From Planctomycetota bacterium (GTDB lineage Bacteria > Planctomycetota > B15-G4 > JADJEK01): 64,000 nt of DNA. The notes below the pieces were generated by a model. It did not search any database and had not been told where the DNA came from. It was given only the letters and a program-made list of their open reading frames with translations. The DNA lies in assembly GCA_044225365.1 (NCBI GenBank), contig JBGAIQ010000003.1, positions 128,001-192,000 of the forward strand, read 5' to 3'. The position numbers were made by a program, and so were the translations under genes. Shown piece after piece: positions 36,545-45,902 of the stretch; position 1 is the stretch's first letter; every line of letters begins with the position of its first letter.

Positions 36545-37747
36545 TTGCCCACTCCCATCCTCATCGTCCGTTACGGCGAGATCGCACTGAAGGGACAGAA
36601 TCGCGGCGAGTTCGAGCGAAGGCTGCGCACGGCCCTCAAGGTCGCTTTGCGCGGCATCGACCACGGACCCATCGAGCGACCGCGGGGACGAATCCTCGTG
36701 CGTGGGATGACCGACCTCGCGGCCGCCGCGGAGACGGCGAATCGCGCGAGTCGAGTCTTCGGCGTCGTGTCGACGAGCCATGGGCTCGTGACTCCGCTCT
36801 CCATCGAGGCGATCCAGCAGGCGGCGACCGAACTCGTCGGCGCGACCCTCGAACGGCGCGGCGCGCCGGATGGATCGGGCCTCACGATGCGCGTCGAGAC
36901 CAAACGCGCGAACAAGAACTTCCCGAAGAACTCGATGGCCGTGACGCTCGACGTCGCGAACGCGATCATGACCCGCTTCACGAAGTTCGGCGTGAAGATG
37001 AAAGAGCCCGATCTCACGATCGGCGTCGAAGTCCTCGATCGTGAAGCGCTCGTCTTCATCGAACGCCTGAAGGGCCCGGGTGGACTCCCGCTCGCGAGTC
37101 AGGGACGCGGGATCGCGCTGCTCTCGGGCGGCATCGATTCGCCCGTAGCCGCCTGGCTCGCGATGAAGCGCGGAGTGCTCGTCGAATGCGCTTACTTCCA
37201 TTCGGCACCCTACGTCGGCGAGGCGAGCAAACAGAAGGCGATCGATCTCGCGCGAGCGCTCGCCGCGTACTCGGGAGCGATGCGACTCCACATCCTGCCG
37301 CTCTCCGACATCCAGGTCGCGATCAAGGCCGCAGCGCCCGAGAGCTATCGCACGCTGTTGTATCGCCGCGCGATGAACCGCATCATCGCGGCGACGCGCG
37401 AGTTCGATTCGTGCCGTTGCATCATCACCGGAGAATCGCTCGGTCAGGTCGCGAGCCAGACCGTCGACAATCTGACGTGCATCGAAGCGGCGGCCGATCG
37501 GATCGTCCTGCGGCCATTGATCGCCTTCGACAAGGAAGAGACGATGGCGCTCGCGCGGCGCATCGGCACGCTGTCGATCAGCGAACGCCCACATCCCGAC
37601 TGCTGCACGCTCTTCCAGCCGTCGCGACCGAAGATCCGCGGCGAGCTGACGGACCTCGAGCGCATCGAGAGCACGATCGACCTGCCCGCTCTCGTCGCCG
37701 CGGCCGCGGCGGCACGTGAGACGATCGTGCTTCGCGGCGCGAATTGA
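36545..37747 (+). CDS. thiI: tRNA 4-thiouridine synthase (short form, no rhodanese domain)
   Basis: RYGEIALKGQNR, THUMP domain, SGGIDSPVA PP-loop, TGESLGQVASQT, DCC. Confidence 0.95.
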   Translation: MPTPILIVRYGEIALKGQNRGEFERRLRTALKVALRGIDHGPIERPRGRILVRGMTDLAAAAETANRASRVFGVVSTSHGLVTPLSIEAIQQAATELVGATLERRGAPDGSGLTMRVETKRANKNFPKNSMAVTLDVANAIMTRFTKFGVKMKEPDLTIGVEVLDREALVFIERLKGPGGLPLASQGRGIALLSGGIDSPVAAWLAMKRGVLVECAYFHSAPYVGEASKQKAIDLARALAAYSGAMRLHILPLSDIQVAIKAAAPESYRTLLYRRAMNRIIAATREFDSCRCIITGESLGQVASQTVDNLTCIEAAADRIVLRPLIAFDKEETMALARRIGTLSISERPHPDCCTLFQPSRPKIRGELTDLERIESTIDLPALVAAAAAARETIVLRGAN

Positions 37748-37840
37748 ACGAACGAAGTTCGCGCCTTCCCGTACAGCGATCGCCGCGATAAGTTCGCGGC
37801 CGTCCGTCACCGGTCGATTCGCGTTCCATCGAGATCCAAC

Positions 37841-38713
37841 ATGCCGCCCCGAGAATCGCCGCTCGCCCTGCCCGTGAAGAGCTGCACGTTCGTCGCGTTC
37901 GATACCGAGACCACGGGGATCGGACCCGGTGCACGCCTCGTCGAGATCGCGGGGTCGAAGTTCAAGATCGGCGACGACATTTCGAGCATCGAGAAATTCG
38001 AGATGCTCATCGACCCGGAAGTGACGATGTCCGAGGAGGTCATCGCAGTCCATCAGATCACCGACGAGATGGTGCGCGGCCAGCCGCGGGCCGGTGAAGT
38101 CTTGAGACGGTTCTTCGATTTCGCGGCGGATGCGATCTTGATCGCGCACAACGCGGCGTTCGACGCCTCGGTGATCGGACTCGAGCTGACGCGCAATCGG
38201 CTTCCCGCTCCGCAGAACCTCATCCTCGACTCGCTGAAGATGGCGCGGCGATCGTACCCCGGTAACTCCCACTCCCTCGACGCCTTGATCGACCTCCTCG
38301 GTCTGCCGGTTCCGGCGGAGCGTCACCGTGCGTTCGCCGACGCCGATGTCCTGCGGCACCTCCTGCCGAAGTTGATCGAGGCGATCGGCGACGAGAACCT
38401 CGACCTGAAACGACTCGCCGAGTCGAGCGGTCGCGCCGAGACGTTCTCCGAGTACCTCTTGCCCTTCCCGCCGCTCGCGCCGCCCCTGCGCTTCCTCGAA
38501 TCGGCTTGTCGCGAGGGCACCAAGACGAACCTGCACATCGACGGCGGCGGAACCAAGCCGAAGCAGCAGGTCGTCACACCGCGCCTCGTCTACGACTGGA
38601 AGGGCGTGCTCTACCTCGAGGCGTTCGTCCCGGAAGAGCGGACGGTGAAGACCTTCCGCGTCGACAAGATCGTGAAGGCCGAGAAGGGCGCGTCGAGCGG
38701 CTTCCTGTTCTGA
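37841..38713 (+). CDS. DEDDh 3'-5' exonuclease (DnaQ-like) fused to C-terminal WYL domain
   Basis: FDTETTG, AHNAAFD, HRAFAD; C-terminal VTP..YLEAF..KTFRVDKI. Confidence 0.85.
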   Translation: MPPRESPLALPVKSCTFVAFDTETTGIGPGARLVEIAGSKFKIGDDISSIEKFEMLIDPEVTMSEEVIAVHQITDEMVRGQPRAGEVLRRFFDFAADAILIAHNAAFDASVIGLELTRNRLPAPQNLILDSLKMARRSYPGNSHSLDALIDLLGLPVPAERHRAFADADVLRHLLPKLIEAIGDENLDLKRLAESSGRAETFSEYLLPFPPLAPPLRFLESACREGTKTNLHIDGGGTKPKQQVVTPRLVYDWKGVLYLEAFVPEERTVKTFRVDKIVKAEKGASSGFLF

Positions 38714-38722
38714 CCCGAGCGA

Positions 38723-39043
38723 TCAGTCGCCGAACAGTTCGTCGAACGGGTTGCGCGGCTTCTCGTCGGGGCGCTGCTCTGCCTTCTTCTTCGCCTGTTC
38801 GAACGCGGCGTCGAGCTTCTGCTTGCTCTTCTCCACCGCCTTCACGGCGTCCTTGAACACGTCGTCGCCGCCCGCCTGCTTCTGCTTCAGGCGCTCGAAA
38901 GCGTCCTCGAGCTTCTTCACCGGCGCGCGCTGATGGCGCCTCGGCTCCCCCTTCTTCCCGTGATCGAGGATCTCGCCGCTCTCGAGATCGATGAGGATCC
39001 AGCCATTGCATGTCGGACAGTCGATCTCGTGTTCGCGAAGCAT
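38723..39043 (-). CDS. Small CxxC/coiled-coil hypothetical protein
   Basis: GGAGG SD; IDCPTC followed by charged helices. Confidence 0.75.
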   Translation of the reverse strand: MLREHEIDCPTCNGWILIDLESGEILDHGKKGEPRRHQRAPVKKLEDAFERLKQKQAGGDDVFKDAVKAVEKSKQKLDAAFEQAKKKAEQRPDEKPRNPFDELFGD

Positions 39044-39135
39044 CTCGAGCCTCCGTCGGTTGCCGGAATCGTAGATCGCGGGTAGAACGTGCGCAACGCA
39101 CGTCGTCCCCCGACACGAAGACCTCCCTCGAACTC

Positions 39136-40494
39136 ATGGACGATTCCTCCGCCGAAAAACCTCCAGGTGAGGGCGAAGCCGGCGCTCGGAGCGGCCCGTT
39201 CGCGGAACTCGGCGAAGGCGTCGCTCCGCGCGCCGTCCCTCGGCTCGTGATTCCCGCGGCGTTGATCGCCATCGTGTTCCATCTCGTCTTCCTGAAGCTC
39301 GTCGGGCACTTCCTGCCACGCGCCGACTACGGCGCGATCGTCGCCGGCACGTTCCTTCTCTACGCCGTCGCCTATCCCACCTTCGCGATCCTAGGCGTCG
39401 GCGCCGCGCTCGCTCTTTCCACCCGTCGCGACGGGGAGCCGCCGATCTCGCCTCTCGCCGCGTTCGACCGCCTCACGATCCGCATCGTGCTTGCCGCGCT
39501 CGCGATCGCGTTCGTGATGACGTTGATTCCCGTCGAGAAGGTGCTGAAGCTCCCGAATCAATCCTTCGCGGCCGTGATGCCCCTCCTCGCGTCGGCCGTC
39601 GTCCTCGAAGCCGCCGCGGTCGGTGCGCTCCTCGGCGCAGGATGCGAGAGGTCCTTCGCGTCGGCCCTCGTCTGCAGTCCGGCTCTGCGCATGGCCATCG
39701 CCTTCACCGCGTTCAGCTATGGCGTCGGATCGTTCGCGCCGCTCATCGCCATTCTCCTCGCTTCGACGCTCACCGCTGCGATCGCGCGGGCACGACTCGC
39801 CCGCTCGATCGCGGCCTTCGCGCCGAGTCCGATCTCCGCCCATCGCGAGCAGTCGCCGTTCGCGGCGTTGTATTCGATCCCGGCGATGGGAGCGCTGCTG
39901 GCGTTCGGCCTCTTCGTGCACGCGGACATCGTCCTCGTACGGATCCGACTCTCGGCCGACGACGCCGCCGGATACTCCGCACTCGCCGCCATCGGTCGCA
40001 TCGGCCAGCTCCTGACGCTCCCGATCGCGTTCAACCTGTTCATCCGAACGCGGCGCGCGCTCGCGCAGCGTCGCAGCACCGCCGGCCAACTCGCCCGCGC
40101 CGTGATCGCGACCGCCCTCCTCCACGGGGTGATCCTCGCGCTCGTCTCGGTGCGGCCGGACGTGCCGTTCACGTTGTTCGTCGACTCGACGATCTATCGC
40201 GACGTCGTGAACGAACTCCCCCACTACGCGATCGCCTGCGCCGTGTACTCCCTCGCCCAGATCGTGCTGTTCTACGGGCTCGCGTTCGACCGCGTCTGGC
40301 TGTACCTGCTCCCGCTCGGATACCTGCCGCTCGCGATCAACCTCGTGCTGCGCAACGCCGATGGCGTCGACAACTGCGTGACGGCGGCGCAAGCGCAGTC
40401 GATCCTGTTCGCATCGAGCCTTGCCATCCTGGTCGGCGCGTTCACGTTGTTCCTGCCGTGGTGGCTCCGTCGCATCGGCATCGCCAAACGGTAG
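39136..40494 (+). CDS. Polytopic membrane protein, Wzx/MATE flippase-like
   Basis: About 12 hydrophobic segments; L...DYG and DIVLVR..L....AGYSA patterns. Confidence 0.65.
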   Translation: MDDSSAEKPPGEGEAGARSGPFAELGEGVAPRAVPRLVIPAALIAIVFHLVFLKLVGHFLPRADYGAIVAGTFLLYAVAYPTFAILGVGAALALSTRRDGEPPISPLAAFDRLTIRIVLAALAIAFVMTLIPVEKVLKLPNQSFAAVMPLLASAVVLEAAAVGALLGAGCERSFASALVCSPALRMAIAFTAFSYGVGSFAPLIAILLASTLTAAIARARLARSIAAFAPSPISAHREQSPFAALYSIPAMGALLAFGLFVHADIVLVRIRLSADDAAGYSALAAIGRIGQLLTLPIAFNLFIRTRRALAQRRSTAGQLARAVIATALLHGVILALVSVRPDVPFTLFVDSTIYRDVVNELPHYAIACAVYSLAQIVLFYGLAFDRVWLYLLPLGYLPLAINLVLRNADGVDNCVTAAQAQSILFASSLAILVGAFTLFLPWWLRRIGIAKR

Positions 40495-40511
40495 CCCTGT
40501 CGGGCACTCGC

Positions 40512-42257
40512 TCAGTCCTTCTTGCGTTCGATGACGCTCTTCCCGGAGATGAGGAACGCTCGCCCGACCCGCGGTCCTTGCAACGCACTCCACGCCGACG
40601 TGACGAGGAGATCGGAGACGCCATCGCCATCGACGTCGCCCAGCCCGACCGAGTCGAACCCGAGCGTGTCGCCCGGCTGCTTGCTGGTGATCGTCCCGAG
40701 CGGAGCGGCGTCCTTCCCCGAGTAGAGGTAGATCCGCCCGGCGTTCCGCCCACCGCTCGACTCGTTCCACGCTCCGACCGCGAGGTCCGGTACTCCATCA
40801 CCGTCGAGTTCGCCCGCATCCGAAGGCGACGTCGCGAACCCGTCTCCGCCATGCTCGCCGGAAAGCGCATAGATCAGCGATCCATCGGCCCCGGAAATCG
40901 CGTATTGACGCCCCGTTTGAGGCCCCTTGCCCTGGTGCTGGAAATCGGAGACGAGGATGTCGGTCACTCCGTCGCCGTCGAGATCGCCGGGGAGCGCGGC
41001 GAAGGCGCGGCCGAGCTGGACGCATCCGGAATCGCCGTCGAAGGTGTAGCTCTCCTCGGGCTTGCCACTCGCGAGGAGATACACGTAGACGCGGCCATGT
41101 TTGCTCGATCCTCCCATGGCTGCGCCGACCACGAGCTGTCGAGGCTTCGAATGCTCTTCCGCCGCGATCGCGCTCCCGAATTGATCTCCGGCCGCCGTAC
41201 CGTGGAGTTCGAAGAGCACCGCCCCGCTCGCGCCAGAATACGCCGTGACGACGCCCTCCCCCTTCTCCCCACCCGCAGGAGCCGAGACGACGACGTCGCC
41301 GTGACCGTCGCCGTCGACGTCACCGATGCCAGCGCACTCGGTGCCGAAGCCATCGTCCTTGCTCTTCCCGACGAGATGGAGCAACGTCGTGCCATCCTTG
41401 CCTGAATAGACGTACGCCGCGCCGGGCTTCCCGTCGGGCGTGCCGTGCGGCGCACCGACGATGACGTCGTCGGTGCCGTCGGCGTTCACGTCGAAGGCGC
41501 TCGCGGTGCCGTTGCCGAGGAATTCGTTCGTCTCGCCATCCTTCTGGAAGAGCAGCTTCCCGCTCTTGCTCGAGTAGACGTAGATGCGACCGCCGACACC
41601 ATGCGTGGGCGCCGTCGACACGAAGTCCGACGCCCCGTCGTGATCGAGATCGCCGACTCGCCGCGCCACCCATCCGAATTGGTCGTTCTCCGCTTCGCCG
41701 TTCCAGGTATGGAGGATCGTCACCGGCTCGACGAAGAGCGCCGCGCCCTCGATGACGTCGGGCAGGAGCTTCGCAAACCTCGCGTCGGCGTGGACGACTT
41801 TCAGATCCGGATCCTCGAGCGCGAGCGCGCGATCGGAGAATCCCGCCTCTCGCGCGGCCGCGAACGAGGCGATCACGGCTTCTCGAGAATCCTTCCCTCT
41901 CCGCGCAAGAATTCGACAGCGCTCGAACAGAGCATCACCCTTCCATCGCTCAGGTGAATTCGGACGGTTCGAACCGGTGGACTTCGCTGCTTCGTCGCAC
42001 GCCGCAAGCGCCGAGTCGAACTCGCCAAGGGCCTTCTCCGCGCGAGCGAGCAGGAGCCACGCTTCGCGATCCTCGGCGTCCTTCGCGACGATCGCGACCA
42101 GAGTCGCTTTCGCCTTCGCAGGTGCCTGCGCGCGGAGTTGCTGCTTGGCCTGCGCGATCTGCTGGTCGCGGACGCTGTCATCCTGTTGCGCGAGACCGAG
42201 ACAAGAGAGCACGAACCAGCACGAACACAACGAAACCGCGGATCGATGCAGTGGCAT
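40512..42257 (-). CDS. Secreted TPR + FG-GAP (integrin-alpha-like propeller) protein
   Basis: AAGGAG SD; signal peptide; AWLLLARA TPR; repeated FG..GDxDGDG..D..VGAP. Confidence 0.88.
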   Translation of the reverse strand: MPLHRSAVSLCSCWFVLSCLGLAQQDDSVRDQQIAQAKQQLRAQAPAKAKATLVAIVAKDAEDREAWLLLARAEKALGEFDSALAACDEAAKSTGSNRPNSPERWKGDALFERCRILARRGKDSREAVIASFAAAREAGFSDRALALEDPDLKVVHADARFAKLLPDVIEGAALFVEPVTILHTWNGEAENDQFGWVARRVGDLDHDGASDFVSTAPTHGVGGRIYVYSSKSGKLLFQKDGETNEFLGNGTASAFDVNADGTDDVIVGAPHGTPDGKPGAAYVYSGKDGTTLLHLVGKSKDDGFGTECAGIGDVDGDGHGDVVVSAPAGGEKGEGVVTAYSGASGAVLFELHGTAAGDQFGSAIAAEEHSKPRQLVVGAAMGGSSKHGRVYVYLLASGKPEESYTFDGDSGCVQLGRAFAALPGDLDGDGVTDILVSDFQHQGKGPQTGRQYAISGADGSLIYALSGEHGGDGFATSPSDAGELDGDGVPDLAVGAWNESSGGRNAGRIYLYSGKDAAPLGTITSKQPGDTLGFDSVGLGDVDGDGVSDLLVTSAWSALQGPRVGRAFLISGKSVIERKKD

Positions 42258-42345
42258 TCCACTCGCTCCTTCACGTCGCAGCGACGTGAAGACGAACGTG
42301 CGACGGAATCGTTGGGGCCAATTCGCGAACGAATCCGCGACGAGC

Positions 42346-43980
42346 TCAAGAATTGGTGATGCCGTGCTGCGCGTCGAAGCGCGCGGTCCAGGTCTCGACC
42401 CACAGGTCGCGCACAGCGTTGTTGCGACGCACGCGCATGCCATCGAGCGAGCGAATCGTCACTCCGGAGAGGAGGACGGCGATCATCGCCATCGCGGCGA
42501 ACGCTCGCATCGCGCCATCGACGATCACCTCGCGCCGGCGATACTTCGCCGAAACGAGCGCGGGAACGAGCAGGAATGGCGCACCGAGAAGCGGAAGGAG
42601 GAGGAGGATCGCATTGGGCTCGGAGAGGCCGGTCAGCACGCGATCGATGCCGCCTCCGCGATCGAACGGCGCGATTCCGCTCCCAACGAGGAAGAAGAAC
42701 GAGAGCGCGGGCACGCCCAGGACGACGAAACGGAAGAACCCGGGGATCATGACGCGCGCGCCCTCGCTCCTGGCTCGCCGCGAGGTGATCCAGGTCGCTG
42801 CCGTGATCGCGAGTGCGAGCAGGGACCACCATACGAGGATCGACTGGGCGGCGATGAACGAATCGAGCGTGCGTGTCCGCTCGAGTTCGCGATGCGCGGT
42901 TTCCAATCGACGCAGCACCTGCACGACGAACTCCGGCACCCCGAGCGCAACGCGGTCCGCACGTTCGACACGACTCATCGAGTCGGGATTGAGACCCTCC
43001 CGCGGGAGTGATCGGAGCTTCGCATCGATCATGGAGCGTCGCGCGGACTCGTCGCGCGGGATGAGACGCGGCACGAGAACGGTCATCTCGTCGAGGAACG
43101 CGGTGTCGGCGTGCGTCGCATCGAGCGCGTCCTCGACGAGGAACGTCGAATTGGCCAGGGCGCGGCCGATGGCGTGCAGAGCCATGTACCCTTCGAACCA
43201 GCGATTCTCGTCGTTGGCGAATCGCGTCCCGCCCTTGCGGACGAGATCTCGCGCGAGCGCCTCCAGTTCCTGACCGGGACGCAGCATCGCCGCACCGTAC
43301 CCACCGCGCGTCAGGAGTTCCTCGGCCCGAGATCGCGCGACACCGCGGCGCGTGAGGAAATCGACCGTCACGTGGAATCGCTCGCGAAGCGCCGAATCGA
43401 TCCGCTCCGCTCGCGCGGCGAGCGCCAGGGCATCACGAGCCTCTTCGACGCGGTCGGCCGCGAGAGCGATCTCGGCCGCGAGGAGTTGCGGATGCCCGTT
43501 CTCGGGATCGACATCGATCGAACGCTGGATCGACTCGATGAGCGCGGCGTCGACGTCGAGATCGGGCAGGCGCGCCTGCTGCGACAACCACATCAGCGTG
43601 CGCAACGCATCCTGATGCGTGGCGAGGGCGAGCCGGTCATCGGGATGAGAATCGACGAGCGCGCTGGTCCCATCCGTCAGATCGTGAGCGACCTCCGGAG
43701 CGTCGTCACGCAGTTCGATGAGGATCGAGAGCCGCAAGAGTTCGGCGGCCGCGACCCGGTCGTGGAGCGAGAGCGTTTCGTCGAACAGCGCGGTGCGGAA
43801 CTCCTGCGCGCGGTCGGCGAGCTCCCAGCGCGAGGAACGCGAAACGACGTCCGCGCTCGACTTCGACGGCGGCGTGAGGATCGCACCGGCATGACGAAGC
43901 GACGTGAGTCCGGTCTCGCACCACGCGAGGGCGAATCCACTCAGCACCACGACGCCGAATCCGTACGGCCAACCTCGCAT
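42346..43980 (-). CDS. Hypothetical membrane protein (helical/TPR-like exported region, C-terminal TMs)
   Basis: N-terminal hydrophobic segment, DPENG..LLAA TPR-like motif, ~4 C-terminal TMs. Confidence 0.65.
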   Translation of the reverse strand: MRGWPYGFGVVVLSGFALAWCETGLTSLRHAGAILTPPSKSSADVVSRSSRWELADRAQEFRTALFDETLSLHDRVAAAELLRLSILIELRDDAPEVAHDLTDGTSALVDSHPDDRLALATHQDALRTLMWLSQQARLPDLDVDAALIESIQRSIDVDPENGHPQLLAAEIALAADRVEEARDALALAARAERIDSALRERFHVTVDFLTRRGVARSRAEELLTRGGYGAAMLRPGQELEALARDLVRKGGTRFANDENRWFEGYMALHAIGRALANSTFLVEDALDATHADTAFLDEMTVLVPRLIPRDESARRSMIDAKLRSLPREGLNPDSMSRVERADRVALGVPEFVVQVLRRLETAHRELERTRTLDSFIAAQSILVWWSLLALAITAATWITSRRARSEGARVMIPGFFRFVVLGVPALSFFFLVGSGIAPFDRGGGIDRVLTGLSEPNAILLLLPLLGAPFLLVPALVSAKYRRREVIVDGAMRAFAAMAMIAVLLSGVTIRSLDGMRVRRNNAVRDLWVETWTARFDAQHGITNS

Positions 43981-44089
43981 CGACTCCGCGCTCTCCGCAT
44001 GGACGGACACCGGCACGAAAGCGGATGATAAAGGATCTCGACGCCGCGCGTGGATCCGTTTTTGGTACGGATGCACCCGAGTGGAGTCC

Positions 44090-45277
44090 ATGAACCCCGT
44101 GTCGCGAGCCCTCGTCTTCCTCGTCGCTGCGATCGTCGCCGCGGGATTGCATTCCCTCGGCGTGCTCGAAGCGTTGGAGCGAACCTGTCAGGATCGACTC
44201 GTGCAGCTCGCCCCCCACCTTCGCGCCGACGAGGCCTTTCCGGTCGCCGCGTTTCGAGTCGATGACGCGACCGGGGCGAAGTCCATCTCCGCCGCGCAAG
44301 CGATCGAGGCGCTGAAACGACTCGGCCGAATTCGCTGCTCGACCGCCGTGATCGCGCTGCCCGATCCCGTGCCCGCCGACTATGCGACCGCCGCCCAAGC
44401 ACTCGCACGAGCGCTCGCGCCGATCGGACGCACGGTCCTCGTCCTCGGCAGAGGGGATCGTCCCGCGCCACCCTCCGCGCGCCTCGTGCGGGAAGGCCGC
44501 GGACCGGATCTCGTGAAGGGTCCCGGGATCGCGGACATCTCGTCGCTCCACGAGTTCGTCGACACGGCGACGCGTACGTCCGTTGCCGACATCGAGCCCG
44601 ACGGCGACGGAGTCGTTCGTGAATTCGCCGTCGCCTATGGCCCGCTCGCAGAGACGACTCCGTCGCTCCCCGTCGCCGTCGCGGCCTGCACGCTGAAGGA
44701 ATCGTCCCTTCGCTTCTCGCCGGATCTCATGACGCTCGAGTCGTTCGGGGGTCGAGACATCGACATCGCCGCTCCCAACACGCTGCGCTTCAAGATGCAT
44801 CGCGAGCGCATTTTCCGGCCGGTACCGCTCGAGGCCGGAGCACTCGACGCGATCGCCGTCGACAGCGACTCCCGCGATGCGAGGTTTCCCGTCGTGTTCG
44901 TGGCGTTCGCGGGTTCGCCGTTGCTCGACGAGCTAACTACGCCGCTTCGCGATCTTCGAACCGGTCTCGAGATCGTCGCGGACGCGACGAACGACCTCCT
45001 CGCCGGCGACACGCTCCACGAGCCGGCGTGGCGCATCACGCGCGCGATCATCGTGATCGTTCCATTCGTCCTCGGCGTCGCACCCCTTTTCGTGCGGCGT
45101 CGGCGAACGCTCGCGCTGCTGCTGGCCGCCAGCTACGCACTCACCACCTGCCTCGCCGCGTCGCTCCTCTCACTGCTGCTCCCGATCGCTCCGATCGGGA
45201 TCGCGCTGCTCCTCGGCACGGTGGGGTCGTGGCTCCTCGGCATCAATGGCCGAGGATCGGGTAGCACTCCCAGTTGA
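44090..45277 (+). CDS. CHASE2-like domain membrane protein without output domain
   Basis: N-terminal TM; PDGDGVVR..PSLPVA; TP....GLEI.A.ATNDLL; three C-terminal TMs. Confidence 0.7.
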   Translation: MNPVSRALVFLVAAIVAAGLHSLGVLEALERTCQDRLVQLAPHLRADEAFPVAAFRVDDATGAKSISAAQAIEALKRLGRIRCSTAVIALPDPVPADYATAAQALARALAPIGRTVLVLGRGDRPAPPSARLVREGRGPDLVKGPGIADISSLHEFVDTATRTSVADIEPDGDGVVREFAVAYGPLAETTPSLPVAVAACTLKESSLRFSPDLMTLESFGGRDIDIAAPNTLRFKMHRERIFRPVPLEAGALDAIAVDSDSRDARFPVVFVAFAGSPLLDELTTPLRDLRTGLEIVADATNDLLAGDTLHEPAWRITRAIIVIVPFVLGVAPLFVRRRRTLALLLAASYALTTCLAASLLSLLLPIAPIGIALLLGTVGSWLLGINGRGSGSTPS

Positions 45278-45902
45278 GATCGTCGAAGTGCCACCACTCG
45301 GTGGCGAGCGGAACGAAGCCCTCTGCGACCATCGCATCCTCCAGCGTCTTGCGATTCGCGAGCGCTTCCTTCGGAAGATCGAGGAATTCGCGGTGCGCCT
45401 TCTCGGAGAACTCGTCGTGGTCGGTCGGCATCACGAGGGGATGCCCCGCCGAATCGACCAACGTGACGTCGACCGCCGCGCCTCGATTGTGTCGCGATCC
45501 CTTCTTCGGATCGGCCACGTAGCGTTCGTCGTGGACGATCGCCCACATCGCTTCCTGCACCGACACCGGGCGATACGCGTCCCAGACCAGGAGTCCGAGC
45601 CCCTTCGCGTGAAGGCGCGCGTTCACTCGCGCAAGGCGCATCGCCACCGAGTCGCGCAGGAGCGCTACGTCGCTGGTGTAGAGGACTTGGTGCGTGAAGT
45701 TCCGCGTCGTCGCATAGCGCAGGTCCACCTTCAACGTCGGATCGACGTCGAGGAGCGGCACGAGCGTCTCCTTCGCCAGCTTCTCGCACTCGACCGCGCT
45801 CGCTCTCGTGGTCGACGGCGACGAAGTGGAGTCCTTCTCCGGCGCCCGCGAGGCGCAAGCGAAAGTCGTGAGCATCAGAACGACCAGGGATCGCCGAATC
45901 AT
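45243..45902 (-). CDS. ddpX: D-Ala-D-Ala dipeptidase (M15D, VanX/DdpX-like), probable lipoprotein
   Basis: DLRYAT..NF, WDAYRP, SRHNRGAAVD, EWWHF. Confidence 0.92.
   Translation of the reverse strand: MIRRSLVVLMLTTFACASRAPEKDSTSSPSTTRASAVECEKLAKETLVPLLDVDPTLKVDLRYATTRNFTHQVLYTSDVALLRDSVAMRLARVNARLHAKGLGLLVWDAYRPVSVQEAMWAIVHDERYVADPKKGSRHNRGAAVDVTLVDSAGHPLVMPTDHDEFSEKAHREFLDLPKEALANRKTLEDAMVAEGFVPLATEWWHFDDLNWECYPILGH

Noticed and set aside
37841-38713. Assigning the gene symbol dnaQ
   Set aside because: C-terminus is WYL-like rather than the Pol III alpha-binding tail; a replicative role is unsupported
45243-45902. Vancomycin-resistance cluster (vanX)
   Set aside because: No vanH, vanA or vanRS; the protein has an export signal and looks like a housekeeping D,D-dipeptidase
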